Positions 19,142 through 29,151 of a stretch of DNA of 64,000 nucleotides are shown here, in pieces. A program made the translations under genes and the position numbers. Origin of the DNA: Dehalococcoidia bacterium (GTDB taxonomy: Bacteria > Chloroflexota > Dehalococcoidia > UBA2979); the NCBI GenBank assembly GCA_964291495.2, contig OZ219872.1:224001-288000 (forward strand), written 5' to 3'. Under the pieces are notes generated by a model. The model was given only the letters and a program-made list of their open reading frames with translations, had not been told where the DNA came from and searched no databases. Every line of letters begins with the position of its first letter. The stretch's first letter is position 1.

Positions 19142-20221
19142 ATGACCGACGGCGGCGCACGGGCCGAGGCCGAACGTGCCGCCGTCGCCGCCGTCGAGGC
19201 CTTCTACGAGGCCTGGAGCGCGGGCGATCTCGGGGCGCTGCGCGGGACGATGAACTACCCGCACGTCTCGCTCTTCCCCGGCCACGTCGAGGTGCGCGCC
19301 ACGCCCGAGGAGTTCGAGTCGCCGTTCGAGCGCCTGCGCGAGCTGCAGGCCTGGCACAGCAGCAGCCTCGACCGCATCCACCCGATCTGGACGCGCGACG
19401 ACAAGGTCTGCCTGAGCGTCGACTGGAGCCGCTACGGCGAGGACGGCGCGCGCTACCTGTCCGGCAACATCGTCTACATCGTCACCAACGTGGACGGCCA
19501 CTGGGGCATCCAGTTCCGCGCCCGCAGCGAGCCGCGCGACCGCGACGGGCCGCCAGCGGACGCGGCCCAACGCCCTCGAAACACGCTGCTGACGCTGGTG
19601 CCGGAGGAGATCGAGGAGTTCGCGCGCAGGCACACCACCCCGCTGCCGCCGCACCTCGAGGAGCTCTCCCGCTTCACGCTCGAGGAGATTGAGTACGGGC
19701 TGATGCTCTCCGGCCCGATCGAGGGCGGGCTGCTGCAACTGCTCGCCTGGGCCACGAAGGCGAGACGCATCCTCGAGGTCGGCTGCTTCACCGGATTCAG
19801 CGCCCAGATGATGGCCGCCGCCCTGCCGGACGACGGCCGGCTCATCACCTGCGAGATCGACCCGGAGACCGCGGAGATCGCCCGCAAGTACGCCGACGAC
19901 GGACCGGACGGCCACAAGATCGAGATCCGCGTCGGCCCCGCCGCCGAGACTCTCGAGACCCTCGAGGGCCCCTTCGACCTCGTCTTCATCGACGCCGACA
20001 AGGATCCGTACATCGACTACTACGAGGCGGCGCTGGAGCTGCTCGCCGACGACGGGATCATCGCGGTCGACAACGTGCTGTTGAACGGCCGCGTGGTGAA
20101 TTCGGAGTCGAAGTCGGGCCAGCGCATGGCCGCCTTCAACGCGCACGTCGCCGCGGACCCGCGCGTGAAGCAGGTGCTGCTCACGATCCGCGACGGCGTG
20201 ATGCTGATCCGAAAGGCCTGA
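19142..20221 (+). CDS. NTF2-like domain fused to a CCoAOMT-type O-methyltransferase
   Basis: C-terminal ILEVGCFTGFSA, FDLVFIDADK and DNVL motifs; N-terminal ~125 aa with FYEAW..GD, NYPHV and DGHWGI. Confidence 0.85.
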   Translation: MTDGGARAEAERAAVAAVEAFYEAWSAGDLGALRGTMNYPHVSLFPGHVEVRATPEEFESPFERLRELQAWHSSSLDRIHPIWTRDDKVCLSVDWSRYGEDGARYLSGNIVYIVTNVDGHWGIQFRARSEPRDRDGPPADAAQRPRNTLLTLVPEEIEEFARRHTTPLPPHLEELSRFTLEEIEYGLMLSGPIEGGLLQLLAWATKARRILEVGCFTGFSAQMMAAALPDDGRLITCEIDPETAEIARKYADDGPDGHKIEIRVGPAAETLETLEGPFDLVFIDADKDPYIDYYEAALELLADDGIIAVDNVLLNGRVVNSESKSGQRMAAFNAHVAADPRVKQVLLTIRDGVMLIRKA

Positions 20222-20235
20222 GCGCGGAGCGGTCC

Positions 20236-21669
20236 TCAGCGCAGCGCGTGCAGCTCCCCGCCCACCGTCGTGAAGTAGACGCCGCCGCTCGTGACGACCA
20301 CCTGCGAGAGCGAGACGCCTTCGAGGGCCCGGCGGTCGAGCTCCTGGCCGGTGTCGGGATCGACCACGACGAATGCGGACCGCTCGATCAGCAGCAAGCC
20401 CTCCGCGATCAGCGTCGGATCATCGACGAGGGGCTGCATGTCGCGCTCCCAGCGGATGCTGCCATCCTCGATCGAGGCCGCTCTCACATGGCCGTCCGCA
20501 CAGCCCAGCACCACCTGCGCGGGCTGCACGACGGGCGCGAGCGGGTCGCAGCGCAGGTTGCTCACCCAGCGGTACGGCTGCTGCGGGGTCGCCGGGGCGA
20601 GACCCCAGATGTGTGCCCAGAACCATGCCCGGCGCAGGCCCTCCCACCACGGCTGGTCGACGGCTTCGTCGAAGACGAGCGCCCAGACGTCGGATACGCC
20701 GACGACGACCCCATGACCGGCTGCAAGGTGCCTCGCGAGGGAGATGCGGGCAAAAAACTCGTGCTGGCCGGACTCGATGTTGAAGAAGTGCAGACGTCGC
20801 CAGGAGAGGAAGACGACCCGCTCGTCGCCGACGGCGATCTCGCCGAGGGCCAGCACGTCATCGCCCGAGGGCGCCACCCCAAGCTGTTCCCCGCTCTCCG
20901 CGTCGTAGGCCAGCATCGTGCCGCGCCCACCGACCCAGACGACGCCGTCGACGACCATCGGCCCGCTGAGGATGTCCTGCCCGGTGTCACTCCTCCAGCG
21001 CTCGCGGCCGCTGCGCGCCTCGATGGCGACGAGCCCGCCGCTGCGCAACGAAGCGTAGAGCGTGTCGCCGGCGATCACCGGCGAGTCGTCGAGCTGCCCC
21101 GGCACGGGGAAGGTCCAGAGCTCGCTACCGTCCGCCGTCGCGTAGGCAGCGAGCCGGGCGTCCCGGTGGGCGACGTAGATCGCGGTCTCGTCGGCGACGA
21201 GCGGCGCCGTGATCTCCGAGTCGAGCTTGCGGATCCAGGCGGTTCCGCCGTGCAGCGGCGGGCTCGCCGTGGTGACGCGGGTGGCGCCGCGGTCGGCGCC
21301 CGGCGCGCCCCAGACCGCGTGGCCGGTCACCATCGACCGCGAGCCGCTCGCCTCGTCCCTGGTCGGCGCGGGCCAGAAGCACTGCACGTAGATGAAGCCG
21401 GCGATGACTGCGAGCAGCAGCACCTGAAGTACCCGGCCCCGGCGGACACGACGCAGGTAGCGCCGCAGGCGTGTCGGCTCAGCCTCCTGCGGCGGGCGCT
21501 CGAACGGCGTCGGGGCGACGTCGCTGAGGCTCGTCAGGCACTGATGGCAGATCAGGCTCTCGGCCGGCATCTGCGCCGCGCAGCGGGGGCAGCGCTTCGC
21601 GAGCAACGGAGCGTCGCCCGGCTCCGCGTCGGCCGCGGGCCAGTCCGGCTGTGGGGCACGCCATCTCAT
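20236..21669 (-). CDS. PQQ-like beta-propeller protein with N-terminal zinc ribbon and TM anchor
   Basis: CPRC..CHQC, one TM segment, repeated G...W blades (DGSELW, SGRERW, DGSIRW). Confidence 0.8.
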   Translation of the reverse strand: MRWRAPQPDWPAADAEPGDAPLLAKRCPRCAAQMPAESLICHQCLTSLSDVAPTPFERPPQEAEPTRLRRYLRRVRRGRVLQVLLLAVIAGFIYVQCFWPAPTRDEASGSRSMVTGHAVWGAPGADRGATRVTTASPPLHGGTAWIRKLDSEITAPLVADETAIYVAHRDARLAAYATADGSELWTFPVPGQLDDSPVIAGDTLYASLRSGGLVAIEARSGRERWRSDTGQDILSGPMVVDGVVWVGGRGTMLAYDAESGEQLGVAPSGDDVLALGEIAVGDERVVFLSWRRLHFFNIESGQHEFFARISLARHLAAGHGVVVGVSDVWALVFDEAVDQPWWEGLRRAWFWAHIWGLAPATPQQPYRWVSNLRCDPLAPVVQPAQVVLGCADGHVRAASIEDGSIRWERDMQPLVDDPTLIAEGLLLIERSAFVVVDPDTGQELDRRALEGVSLSQVVVTSGGVYFTTVGGELHALR

Positions 21670-21843
21670 GCCCCGATGATAGGGCGCAACGCCGTTAGTG
21701 CCTTCGCAACTTCGCGGCGCAGCCGCGAGGCGGCGGGTTCGCGACCGGCGCCTGTCGGTCGTGAGAGGTGGACCCCGATCCCGTGAGAGCCATGGACGAG
21801 TGCTAGGATGCGGCGTCAGGCGAGCCGACTCGGAGCGTGATCG

Positions 21844-23010
21844 ATGGAGATGCCCTCGGCGTACACGAAGGGCTACGAATCGGCCCGGGCGCTCGATCCT
21901 GAGCGGGCGCGGAACTACGTCGCGCATACGGTCATCGGCGACCCCGCAGCCGACGAGCTGATCGAGGAGCTCGCCCCCCTCGGGCAGGAGGAGTTGGGCA
22001 GGCTACTCCAGATCGGGATGGACGGCGACGAGCGCGCGCTGCGGGAGGCGCCTGCCGTCCTGCGAGAGTTCTTCGAATCCTGCGCGGCTCCCCCCGACTG
22101 GCTCGACCTGCCCGGGCACGTTCCGGGCATCCGCATGTTTCACCGCAACTCGGCGCTGGTGCTGGGGGCGATGGTGGCCGGCACGCTGGTGGAGGGATTC
22201 GCGACGAATATCGCCAAGTCCTTCTTCATCACGGGAAAGATCCGTGACCAGGGCATTCGACGGCTGAAACAGAACAACCGCCACATGATCGAGATCTTCC
22301 TCCCCGGCGGCCTCGAACGAGACGGCGATGGATGGAAGCTGTCCGTTCGCATCCGGCTGGTCCATGCGATGGTCAGGCGCCTGCTGGACGCCTCCGACGA
22401 CTGGGACCACGAAGCCTGGGGCACCCCCGTCAGCGCCGCCCACACGGGCTTCGCGATCACCGCGTTCTCGGCGAGATCCCTGAAACACCTGAAGAGCCTG
22501 GGAGCCCGGTTCACCGACGAAGAGCGCGCGAGCTTCATGCAGGTCTGGCGCTACTCCGGTCATCTGATGGGCATCCCCGAAACGATCCTGTTCCGCGACG
22601 AACCGGATGCCCTGGAGACATTCAGGATTGGCCTTGCGTGCGAGCCGGATGCCGAGCTGGAGTCCATCTCTCTGTCAAACGCGCTGGTCAACTCCTCGCC
22701 GCTGATTGCGGGGGTGACCGAACCGGCCGAGCGCCGGAAGCTGGCTCACTACGTGTTCCGGGTCTCCCGCGCGCTCATCGGACGGCAGGTCGCCGACCAG
22801 CTCATGTTTCCTCGCTACCCGACGTTCGGGGTGCTCTGGTGGTTCCGCATGCAGAACCGGTACGACGGCCTCATGAACAGGCTCTACAAGAGTCGCGCCC
22901 GGAAGAACAACAAGCTGAGCGCCATGCTCGATGTCTCGATGGTCGACGAAGCGGGGATCAGCTACAGGCTGCCGGACCACGTCTATGCAGAAGAGTCCTC
23001 CTGGTGGTGA
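21844..23010 (+). CDS. Oxygenase MpaB/Lcp (rubber oxygenase-like, DUF2236) family protein
   Basis: GDP.AD, P.WLD, RIRLVHA.VR, WG.P, and WRY.GHLMGI motifs. Confidence 0.8.
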   Translation: MEMPSAYTKGYESARALDPERARNYVAHTVIGDPAADELIEELAPLGQEELGRLLQIGMDGDERALREAPAVLREFFESCAAPPDWLDLPGHVPGIRMFHRNSALVLGAMVAGTLVEGFATNIAKSFFITGKIRDQGIRRLKQNNRHMIEIFLPGGLERDGDGWKLSVRIRLVHAMVRRLLDASDDWDHEAWGTPVSAAHTGFAITAFSARSLKHLKSLGARFTDEERASFMQVWRYSGHLMGIPETILFRDEPDALETFRIGLACEPDAELESISLSNALVNSSPLIAGVTEPAERRKLAHYVFRVSRALIGRQVADQLMFPRYPTFGVLWWFRMQNRYDGLMNRLYKSRARKNNKLSAMLDVSMVDEAGISYRLPDHVYAEESSWW

Positions 23011-23194
23011 TGCGGCGCTGCCAGAGCCTTCGGGTCGCTGCGGACGCGCCGTCCTTCGCAGGCTCCGGTAGTCATGCTCGATGCTCGCGCTCGCGGGCCT
23101 CAGCCACGATCCCGACGCCGCCCGACAGCCCCATCGACGGCGCGGACGCCGCGGACGTGGCGCTCTGAGACCGAGTTATGAGTACGGGACGTGT

Positions 23195-23271
23195 TGGTGG
23201 CGCATGCGGGATTCGAACCCGCGATCTCCGCCTTGAGAGGGCGGTGTCCTGGGCCACTAGACGAATGCGCC
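23195..23271 (-). tRNA. tRNA-Glu (CUC)
   Basis: Cloverleaf GGCGCAT...ATGCGCC-ACCA; anticodon loop CTCTCAA; TTCGAAT T-loop. Confidence 0.95.
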
Positions 23272-23332
23272 GCCGAGTGCAGTCAGCCTAACAAAGCCCC
23301 TCCGGCACGCTCAAGCAGCCTCCGGGGAGCGG

Positions 23333-24136
23333 TCAGCCCTCGACCTCGTCCGGGTAGCGCAGCCGGATCTGGCTCTCCGGGCCAAAGTGCGGCCCGAAGC
23401 GCGAGTCGAAGGCGAGGCCGGCGCGGGCGAAGACGCCCGGCGGAATGCCGAGGTCGGCGAGCCAGAGGTCCCCGGCCTGCTCGCGGCGCAGCCCGGGCTT
23501 CGGAAGCGCCAGCGTGAGCGTGCGCGCGGCCCGCACGGCGAAGCCGGGCGTCTCGCCGCTGTCCGCGTCGACGCCCGAGGGCACATCGAGGGAGAGCACG
23601 GGCGCGGTGGCGGCCTGCGCCGCCCGGATCAGCGCCATCACCGGCCCGGTCGGCGCCTCGCGCAGCCCGTAGCCGACGACCGCGTCGATCACGAGGTCCG
23701 CCTCGCCGATGTCGAAGGCGTCGGACCAGGCGATGACGCGGACCGGCGCCTCGTGCAGCATCCGCAGCTGGGCGGCGACGGCGTCGCTTGCCCTTGAGGG
23801 GCGGGCGATCGTCACGGCCAGCACGTCGACGCCGCGGCCGGCCAGCAGACGTGCGGCGCAGAGCCCGCCGCCGCCGTTGCCACCGTGCCCCGCGAGGACC
23901 ACGACGCGGGCGTTCGGCCAGTGATCGCCGAGCATCGCGAGCGCCGCGCGCGCCAGCTCGAGACCGGCGTGCTCCATCATCTGCAGCAGGCCGGGACCGG
24001 TCTCCTCGACCGCGATGCGGTCGATCTCGCGCATCTCCTCGACGGAGACGGCAGGCACGGGGCGTCCATCGGTCGTGGCGAAGTACGTGCGCAAAATCGC
24101 CACTTCCTCGTCCCCCATCTCCCGCCGGCGCGTCAC
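23333..24136 (-). CDS. nnrE: NAD(P)H-hydrate epimerase (YjeF N-terminal domain)
   Basis: MMEHAG, G.GGNGGGG, DAVVGYG, LDVPSG and TL.LALPK motifs. Confidence 0.85.
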   Translation of the reverse strand: MTRRREMGDEEVAILRTYFATTDGRPVPAVSVEEMREIDRIAVEETGPGLLQMMEHAGLELARAALAMLGDHWPNARVVVLAGHGGNGGGGLCAARLLAGRGVDVLAVTIARPSRASDAVAAQLRMLHEAPVRVIAWSDAFDIGEADLVIDAVVGYGLREAPTGPVMALIRAAQAATAPVLSLDVPSGVDADSGETPGFAVRAARTLTLALPKPGLRREQAGDLWLADLGIPPGVFARAGLAFDSRFGPHFGPESQIRLRYPDEVEG

Positions 24137-24256
24137 GCGCTCGCCGGTCCGGCTCCGCCGCCGCGCGCACGATAGCAGGCGGGCGGCGCTGCCTCGCAGG
24201 CGCCCCGGGGCGCGACCGAGGGGCGCATCTCACGCGAGGGGCCTATCCTGATCCGT

Positions 24257-25285
24257 GTGCTGAGCTTCATCGGGCGCCACCGGCGCCTCGTCGCCATCCA
24301 GCTGCCGCTGATCGCGATCTCGCTCGCGCTGCTGATCTGGCGAGTCGACATCGTCGAGGGCTTCCGGCACCTGCCGGACGTGCGGCCCGGCTGGATCCTG
24401 GCGGGCATGGCCACCTTCACCCTCTCGAAGGCGATTCACGCCTACCGCTGGCGCGTATTCCTGCAGCACCGCGAGGCGCCGCTCGCGCCGCTGTTCGGGA
24501 TCTTCCTCGCCTCGAACCTGGCGAACGCACTCGTGCCGTTCCGCGCCGGCGACTTGCTGCGCATCGAGCTGCCGAGCCGGATGCTGAAGCTGCCGCGCGC
24601 CGAGCTCGTCAGCAGCGTGCTGATCGTGGAGACGGTCTTCGACGGGTTGGCGTTCGTGCTGTTGCTGCTCGCGGCCGTCGCGCTCTTCGGCGACCTCGTC
24701 GTAGCCCTGCCCGCGGTGGTCTTCTTCGCCGTCGTGGTCCTCGTCGTCTTCCTCGGCTCGAGCTGGCTCGCCCGGCTCGGCGTGCCCGAGGATCCGGAGC
24801 ATTCCGCCCTGCTGCGCTGGTTGCCGGAGCGCTGGCGCGGGCGCGGGGCGCGCTACACCCGCCAGTTCATCGAGGGCATGAGCTCGTTGCGCGACCTGCG
24901 CCGCATCGCCGGGGCGCTCATCGTCTCGATCGTCGCCTGGGTGGCTGAGGTGGCCGTCTACTGGATGATGGGCCAGGCGTTCGGCTTCAACCTCGACGCC
25001 GGCGAGGCGATCGTGCTGATGATCGCCGCCAACCTCGTCGTCTCCCTGCCGCTCACACCCTGGGACGTCGGACCCTACGAGATCGCGGTGACCGAGGCGT
25101 TCGTGTTGCTCGGCGGCGATCGCATCGATGCGAGCACCTACGCCGTCGGCTCCCACCTCGTGCTGCTCGGGTGGATCACGCTGAGCGGCGCGGTGGCCAT
25201 GCTGGCGCTGAGCCTCCGCCCTCGCGAGGTCTTCCGCAGCGGCAGCGCGAGGCCCGAAGAGCCCCCTCGCGACGATCCGGGGTAG
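24257..25285 (+). CDS. Lysylphosphatidylglycerol synthase TM / flippase-like (UPF0104) protein
   Basis: RW, N.L.PFRAGD.LR, E.VFD, and P.TP..VG.YE motifs; polytopic. Confidence 0.85.
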   Translation: MLSFIGRHRRLVAIQLPLIAISLALLIWRVDIVEGFRHLPDVRPGWILAGMATFTLSKAIHAYRWRVFLQHREAPLAPLFGIFLASNLANALVPFRAGDLLRIELPSRMLKLPRAELVSSVLIVETVFDGLAFVLLLLAAVALFGDLVVALPAVVFFAVVVLVVFLGSSWLARLGVPEDPEHSALLRWLPERWRGRGARYTRQFIEGMSSLRDLRRIAGALIVSIVAWVAEVAVYWMMGQAFGFNLDAGEAIVLMIAANLVVSLPLTPWDVGPYEIAVTEAFVLLGGDRIDASTYAVGSHLVLLGWITLSGAVAMLALSLRPREVFRSGSARPEEPPRDDPG

Positions 25286-25338
25286 GCTGGCCCTCGCTAC
25301 TTTTGCTTATGTCTCGTGCCGATGAGGGCGCGCGCACC

Positions 25339-26556
25339 TCAGGCGACGACCAGCGGCACGAGCATCTCGGCCGGCGTCAGCCCCGCGTGGTGCGAGCGCT
25401 GCTGCAAGGCCTCGCGCGAGGCCTTCGAGGGCTGGAAGCCGAGCACGGCCACCCCTCGCGAGATCGCCATGAAGTCGCCGAGCCGCTGCCGCGTCCGGGG
25501 GGCCAGCGGACCGGGGCCGAGCAGGCCGAGCTCCTCGACCTCGCCGGTTGTGAGCAGGTAGAAGTGCCGGCCGAACGCGAAGCGGAAATCCTCCTCGAAG
25601 CGCTCGCGCGCGTCGGGGCGGACGTGGAACTCGAGCACGCGCGCGTCTCCCGACGCCGGGCTCGCGAGGAGCGCGGGGAGGCCGTAGGCGGTGCGGATCA
25701 TGAACCGGTCCGGAGCGCTGACGCCGAGGTGCCCGTGATCCGCGGTCACGACCACGGCCGCGGAGTCGCCAAGCGCGGCCTTGAGGTCCGCGACAAGCCG
25801 GTCGACGGCGAGCACGGCGGCGCGGACCGCGCTGCTCTCCGAGCCGCCGTGGTGCGCCTCGTTGTCGACGTGGGGGACGTAGACGTAGGCGAACGTCGGT
25901 TTGCCGGCGGCCCGCACGGTCTCCGTGATCGCCTCGGCCGTTCCCGCCAGCGAGCGGTAGCCGGCGGCGGGGCCCGCCGCCCAGTAACGCGAGTAGACGC
26001 TGTCGGCGATCTGGTGCGGCAGCAGGAAGTGGCGCGACCGCTCGATCCGCGAGGCGAGGCTCGCCGCCGGGAAGGCGTCCTCGGGCGTCACGCCGAGGTC
26101 GACGAGCGAGCGGTCATCGGAGCGGCGGCGGTACTGCAGGATCGTCGCCGGGCCGCCGATCTCCTCGATGTGCGTCCACCAGCCGATGATCGCGTGCCGC
26201 GCCGGCCACTCCCCGGTGGCGAGCGAGGTGAGCGCGACGGCCGAGGAGGAGGGGAAGACCGTGCGCAGCTCGCCGCGCAGGTTGCCGCGCAGCGTGCGCG
26301 CGCCTTCCTCGCGCTCCAGCATCCCCATGCCGAGCCCGTCGGCGAGGATGAGCACGATGTGCTCGCGCTCGGCGAGCGAGGCGGCGATCTCGCCGGCGAA
26401 CGGGGAGAGCTCGAGGCCGCCCGCGCCCGCGCCGGCGGCCACAGCGCGGGCCAGGTCGACAAGGTTCGGCACGCTCGGGTCCGGGCGCAGCAACTCGCCC
26501 GAGTCGAACGCTGCGAGCAGGCCCTCGACATCCGGCGAGCGCGCGTGATCAGGCAT
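25339..26556 (-). CDS. Alkaline phosphatase superfamily protein (nucleotide pyrophosphatase-like)
   Basis: LADGLG, FPSS, D..AH, TADHG, and HHAGLT..EM.VP motifs. Confidence 0.85.
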   Translation of the reverse strand: MPDHARSPDVEGLLAAFDSGELLRPDPSVPNLVDLARAVAAGAGAGGLELSPFAGEIAASLAEREHIVLILADGLGMGMLEREEGARTLRGNLRGELRTVFPSSSAVALTSLATGEWPARHAIIGWWTHIEEIGGPATILQYRRRSDDRSLVDLGVTPEDAFPAASLASRIERSRHFLLPHQIADSVYSRYWAAGPAAGYRSLAGTAEAITETVRAAGKPTFAYVYVPHVDNEAHHGGSESSAVRAAVLAVDRLVADLKAALGDSAAVVVTADHGHLGVSAPDRFMIRTAYGLPALLASPASGDARVLEFHVRPDARERFEEDFRFAFGRHFYLLTTGEVEELGLLGPGPLAPRTRQRLGDFMAISRGVAVLGFQPSKASREALQQRSHHAGLTPAEMLVPLVVA

Positions 26557-26641
26557 TGCACGACGCTATCATGAAGACGTGGCGGGTGTGGCTGCCGCAA
26601 CGACCTGCGGCGGGCGGACGACCCGCGGATCTGGCCGGCGG

Positions 26642-28837
26642 ATGCCCCTTCCCGACGCCCTCGACGCGGACCGTATCGCGGCCCAGCTCGGGCCGGCCTA
26701 CGGGGCGATCGATGCCGCCGAGCGGGCGCGGCATCCCGCTCTCACCGAGCGCATCGCCGTGGCGACCGACATCGCCGGCGAGTGGCGGTCGCTCGGCGGA
26801 GCTGCGTACGCCGTCACGGTCGTCGCGCCGGACATCCCCGGCGCGCTCTCGCTCATCGCCGGCTCGCTGACGGCGCAGGGCTTCGACATCGAGACGGCCG
26901 ACCTCTTCACGGTGCGGCGGGCAGCGCCCGCCCGGCGCCCGCCGCCGCGCCCCGGCCGCTTCAGAGCAGCGGGGGGGCGTCCCGGCATGCCGGGACGCCC
27001 GCTGACGCCGCGCGCGACGACCCGGCCCTCGCGACTGCTCCTCGATCGCTTCGTGGTGCGAGGGGCCGGCGACCGCGACCCCTGGGAGGCGATCCGCCCC
27101 GGCCTCGCCGAGGCGTTCGCGCTGCTCGCGGGCGGCGACGCCGAGGCCGCGCACGCCTCGATCATCGAGGGCATCGGTCGCACCCTGCCGCGCGGACAGG
27201 CGCCCGCGCGCCCGCTCTATCCCGTTGCGGTCGATGTCGACGCGAGCTCGGACCCCGCCGCGACGGTGCTGACCATCGCGGGCGTCGACGAGCGCGGCTT
27301 CCTGTTCGAGTTCACCAACGCCCTCGCGCTGCTGGAGGTGTCCATCCAGCGCGCCGAGGTGCGCACCGAAGGCAGGGAGAGCCGCGACACGTTCTGGGTG
27401 ACCACGCGCGACGGGTCCAAGCTCGAGGACCCGATGCGCCTCGAGGAGTTGCGTGTCGTGGCGGTGCTGATCCGGCAGTTCACGCAGCTGCTGCCGCTCG
27501 CGCCCGACCCCACGCAGGCGCTGCGGCAGTTCAGCGCCCTCGCGCGCAGCCTGCTCGCCTTCCGCGAGCGGCGCGAGTCGCTGGCGGCGCTGGCCGACGA
27601 AGGCGTGCTCGAAACGCTGGCGGCGGCGCTCGGCGTGAGCCGCTACCTCTGGGAGGACTTCCTGCGCTTCCAGCACGAGAACCTGTTCCCGGTGCTCACC
27701 GACCTCCCCGCCCTCGACGCCGCGCGCCCCCCGGCGGAGCTCCGCGAGGCGTTGCGCGCCGCCTCTCCCGACGGCGGCCCGCCCGATGCCGCCATGCTGA
27801 ACGCCTTCAAGGACCGCGAGCTGTTCCGCATCGACCTGCGGCACATCAGCGGCCGCACGGGCTTCGCCGACTTCTCGCGCGAGCTATCCGACCTCGCGGA
27901 GGTCGTGGTCGGCGAGGCGGCGGCGATCGCCGGGCGCAGACTCGAGCAGCGCCACGGCGCGCCGCGCCTGACCTCGGGCGCCCCGTGCCGCTGGACGATC
28001 GCCGCGCTCGGCAAGTTCGGAGGACGCGAGATCGGCTTCGCCTCGGACCTCGAGCTGCTCACGGTGTACGAGGGCGACGGGACGACCGACGGCGAGGAGC
28101 CAATCCCGAATGCCGCATGGTTCGAGCAGTTCGTGCGCGGCGTGCGCGACGCGATCCAGGCGCCACGTGAGGGCATCTTCGAACTCGACCTGCGGCTGCG
28201 GCCGCACGGCGACGGCGGCAGCCTGGCCAACTCGATCGAGCAGTGCCGCGGCTACTACTCGGAGGGCGGGGGCGCGCGGCAATTCGAGCGCATGGCGCTC
28301 GTCCGCCTGCGCCCGGTCGCCGGCGACGCCGACCTCGGGCACGCCCTTGAGGAAGTGAGGGACGCGTTCGTGTACTCGGGCGCCCCGTTCGACATCGCCG
28401 AGCAACTGCACCTCCGCGAGCGCCAGGCGACGGAGCTGGTCGCGGCGGGCGAGCGCAACGCCAAGCACAGCCGCGGCGGGCTCGTCGACGTCGAGTACTA
28501 CGTGCAGGTGCTGCAGATCATCGCCGGCGCCACGGAGCCCTCGGTGCGCACGCCGAGCACCGTCGACGCCATCGCCGCGCTCGCCGCGACGGGGCACATC
28601 AGCTACGACGACGCGGCGAAGCTCCCGGAGGCGTACGCGTTCCTGCGGCGGCTGATCGGGGCGCTGCGCGTGGTGCGCGGCAACGCGCGCGACCTCACGA
28701 TCCCCTCGCTCGGATCGCGGGAGTTCGAGTACCTCTCGCGCCGCCTCTACTACGAGGCGCCCGAGGCGCTCGCGGCGGCGATCGATGTGCGCATGGAGTA
28801 CGCCGCGTCGCTCTGGAGCCAGCTCCCGGTGGAGTAG
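26642..28837 (+). CDS. GlnE-like adenylyltransferase domain protein with N-terminal ACT-like domains
   Basis: ALGKFGG.EIGFASDLEL, DLRLRP.G, and K.SRGGLVDVEY motifs; ACT-like D.PG.L and D.RG.L...D.F segments. Confidence 0.75.
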   Translation: MPLPDALDADRIAAQLGPAYGAIDAAERARHPALTERIAVATDIAGEWRSLGGAAYAVTVVAPDIPGALSLIAGSLTAQGFDIETADLFTVRRAAPARRPPPRPGRFRAAGGRPGMPGRPLTPRATTRPSRLLLDRFVVRGAGDRDPWEAIRPGLAEAFALLAGGDAEAAHASIIEGIGRTLPRGQAPARPLYPVAVDVDASSDPAATVLTIAGVDERGFLFEFTNALALLEVSIQRAEVRTEGRESRDTFWVTTRDGSKLEDPMRLEELRVVAVLIRQFTQLLPLAPDPTQALRQFSALARSLLAFRERRESLAALADEGVLETLAAALGVSRYLWEDFLRFQHENLFPVLTDLPALDAARPPAELREALRAASPDGGPPDAAMLNAFKDRELFRIDLRHISGRTGFADFSRELSDLAEVVVGEAAAIAGRRLEQRHGAPRLTSGAPCRWTIAALGKFGGREIGFASDLELLTVYEGDGTTDGEEPIPNAAWFEQFVRGVRDAIQAPREGIFELDLRLRPHGDGGSLANSIEQCRGYYSEGGGARQFERMALVRLRPVAGDADLGHALEEVRDAFVYSGAPFDIAEQLHLRERQATELVAAGERNAKHSRGGLVDVEYYVQVLQIIAGATEPSVRTPSTVDAIAALAATGHISYDDAAKLPEAYAFLRRLIGALRVVRGNARDLTIPSLGSREFEYLSRRLYYEAPEALAAAIDVRMEYAASLWSQLPVE

Positions 28838-28899
28838 CGCGCCGTACTGCGCCCTCCTCGGCGAAGGTTCCCTCGGCGCGAGCCCTTACGTCTGGCCGA

Positions 28900-28975
28900 T
28901 GGTGCCCCCAAGCGGGTTCGAACCGCTGTTTCCACCTTGAAAGGGTGGCGTCCTGGTCCCCTAGACGATGGGGGC
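28900..28975 (-). tRNA. tRNA-Glu (UUC)
   Basis: GCCCCCA...TGGGGGC-ACCA; anticodon loop CTTTCAA. Confidence 0.95.
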
Positions 28976-29151
28976 GAGCGCACGTCGAGCATACCAAGGC
29001 CGGCGCGCAGCCGCCGCGTCCCGCTGCTCGACGAGGCGAGGGCTTGCCGGCGCCCGATTCTCCCCGCGGCGCCCGCGAAACATGCCCGCCGGTACTAGCG
29101 CGCACGCCCAGCTTGTCGCACCATTCAACATCTCAGGCCAGGAGCAGGCTC

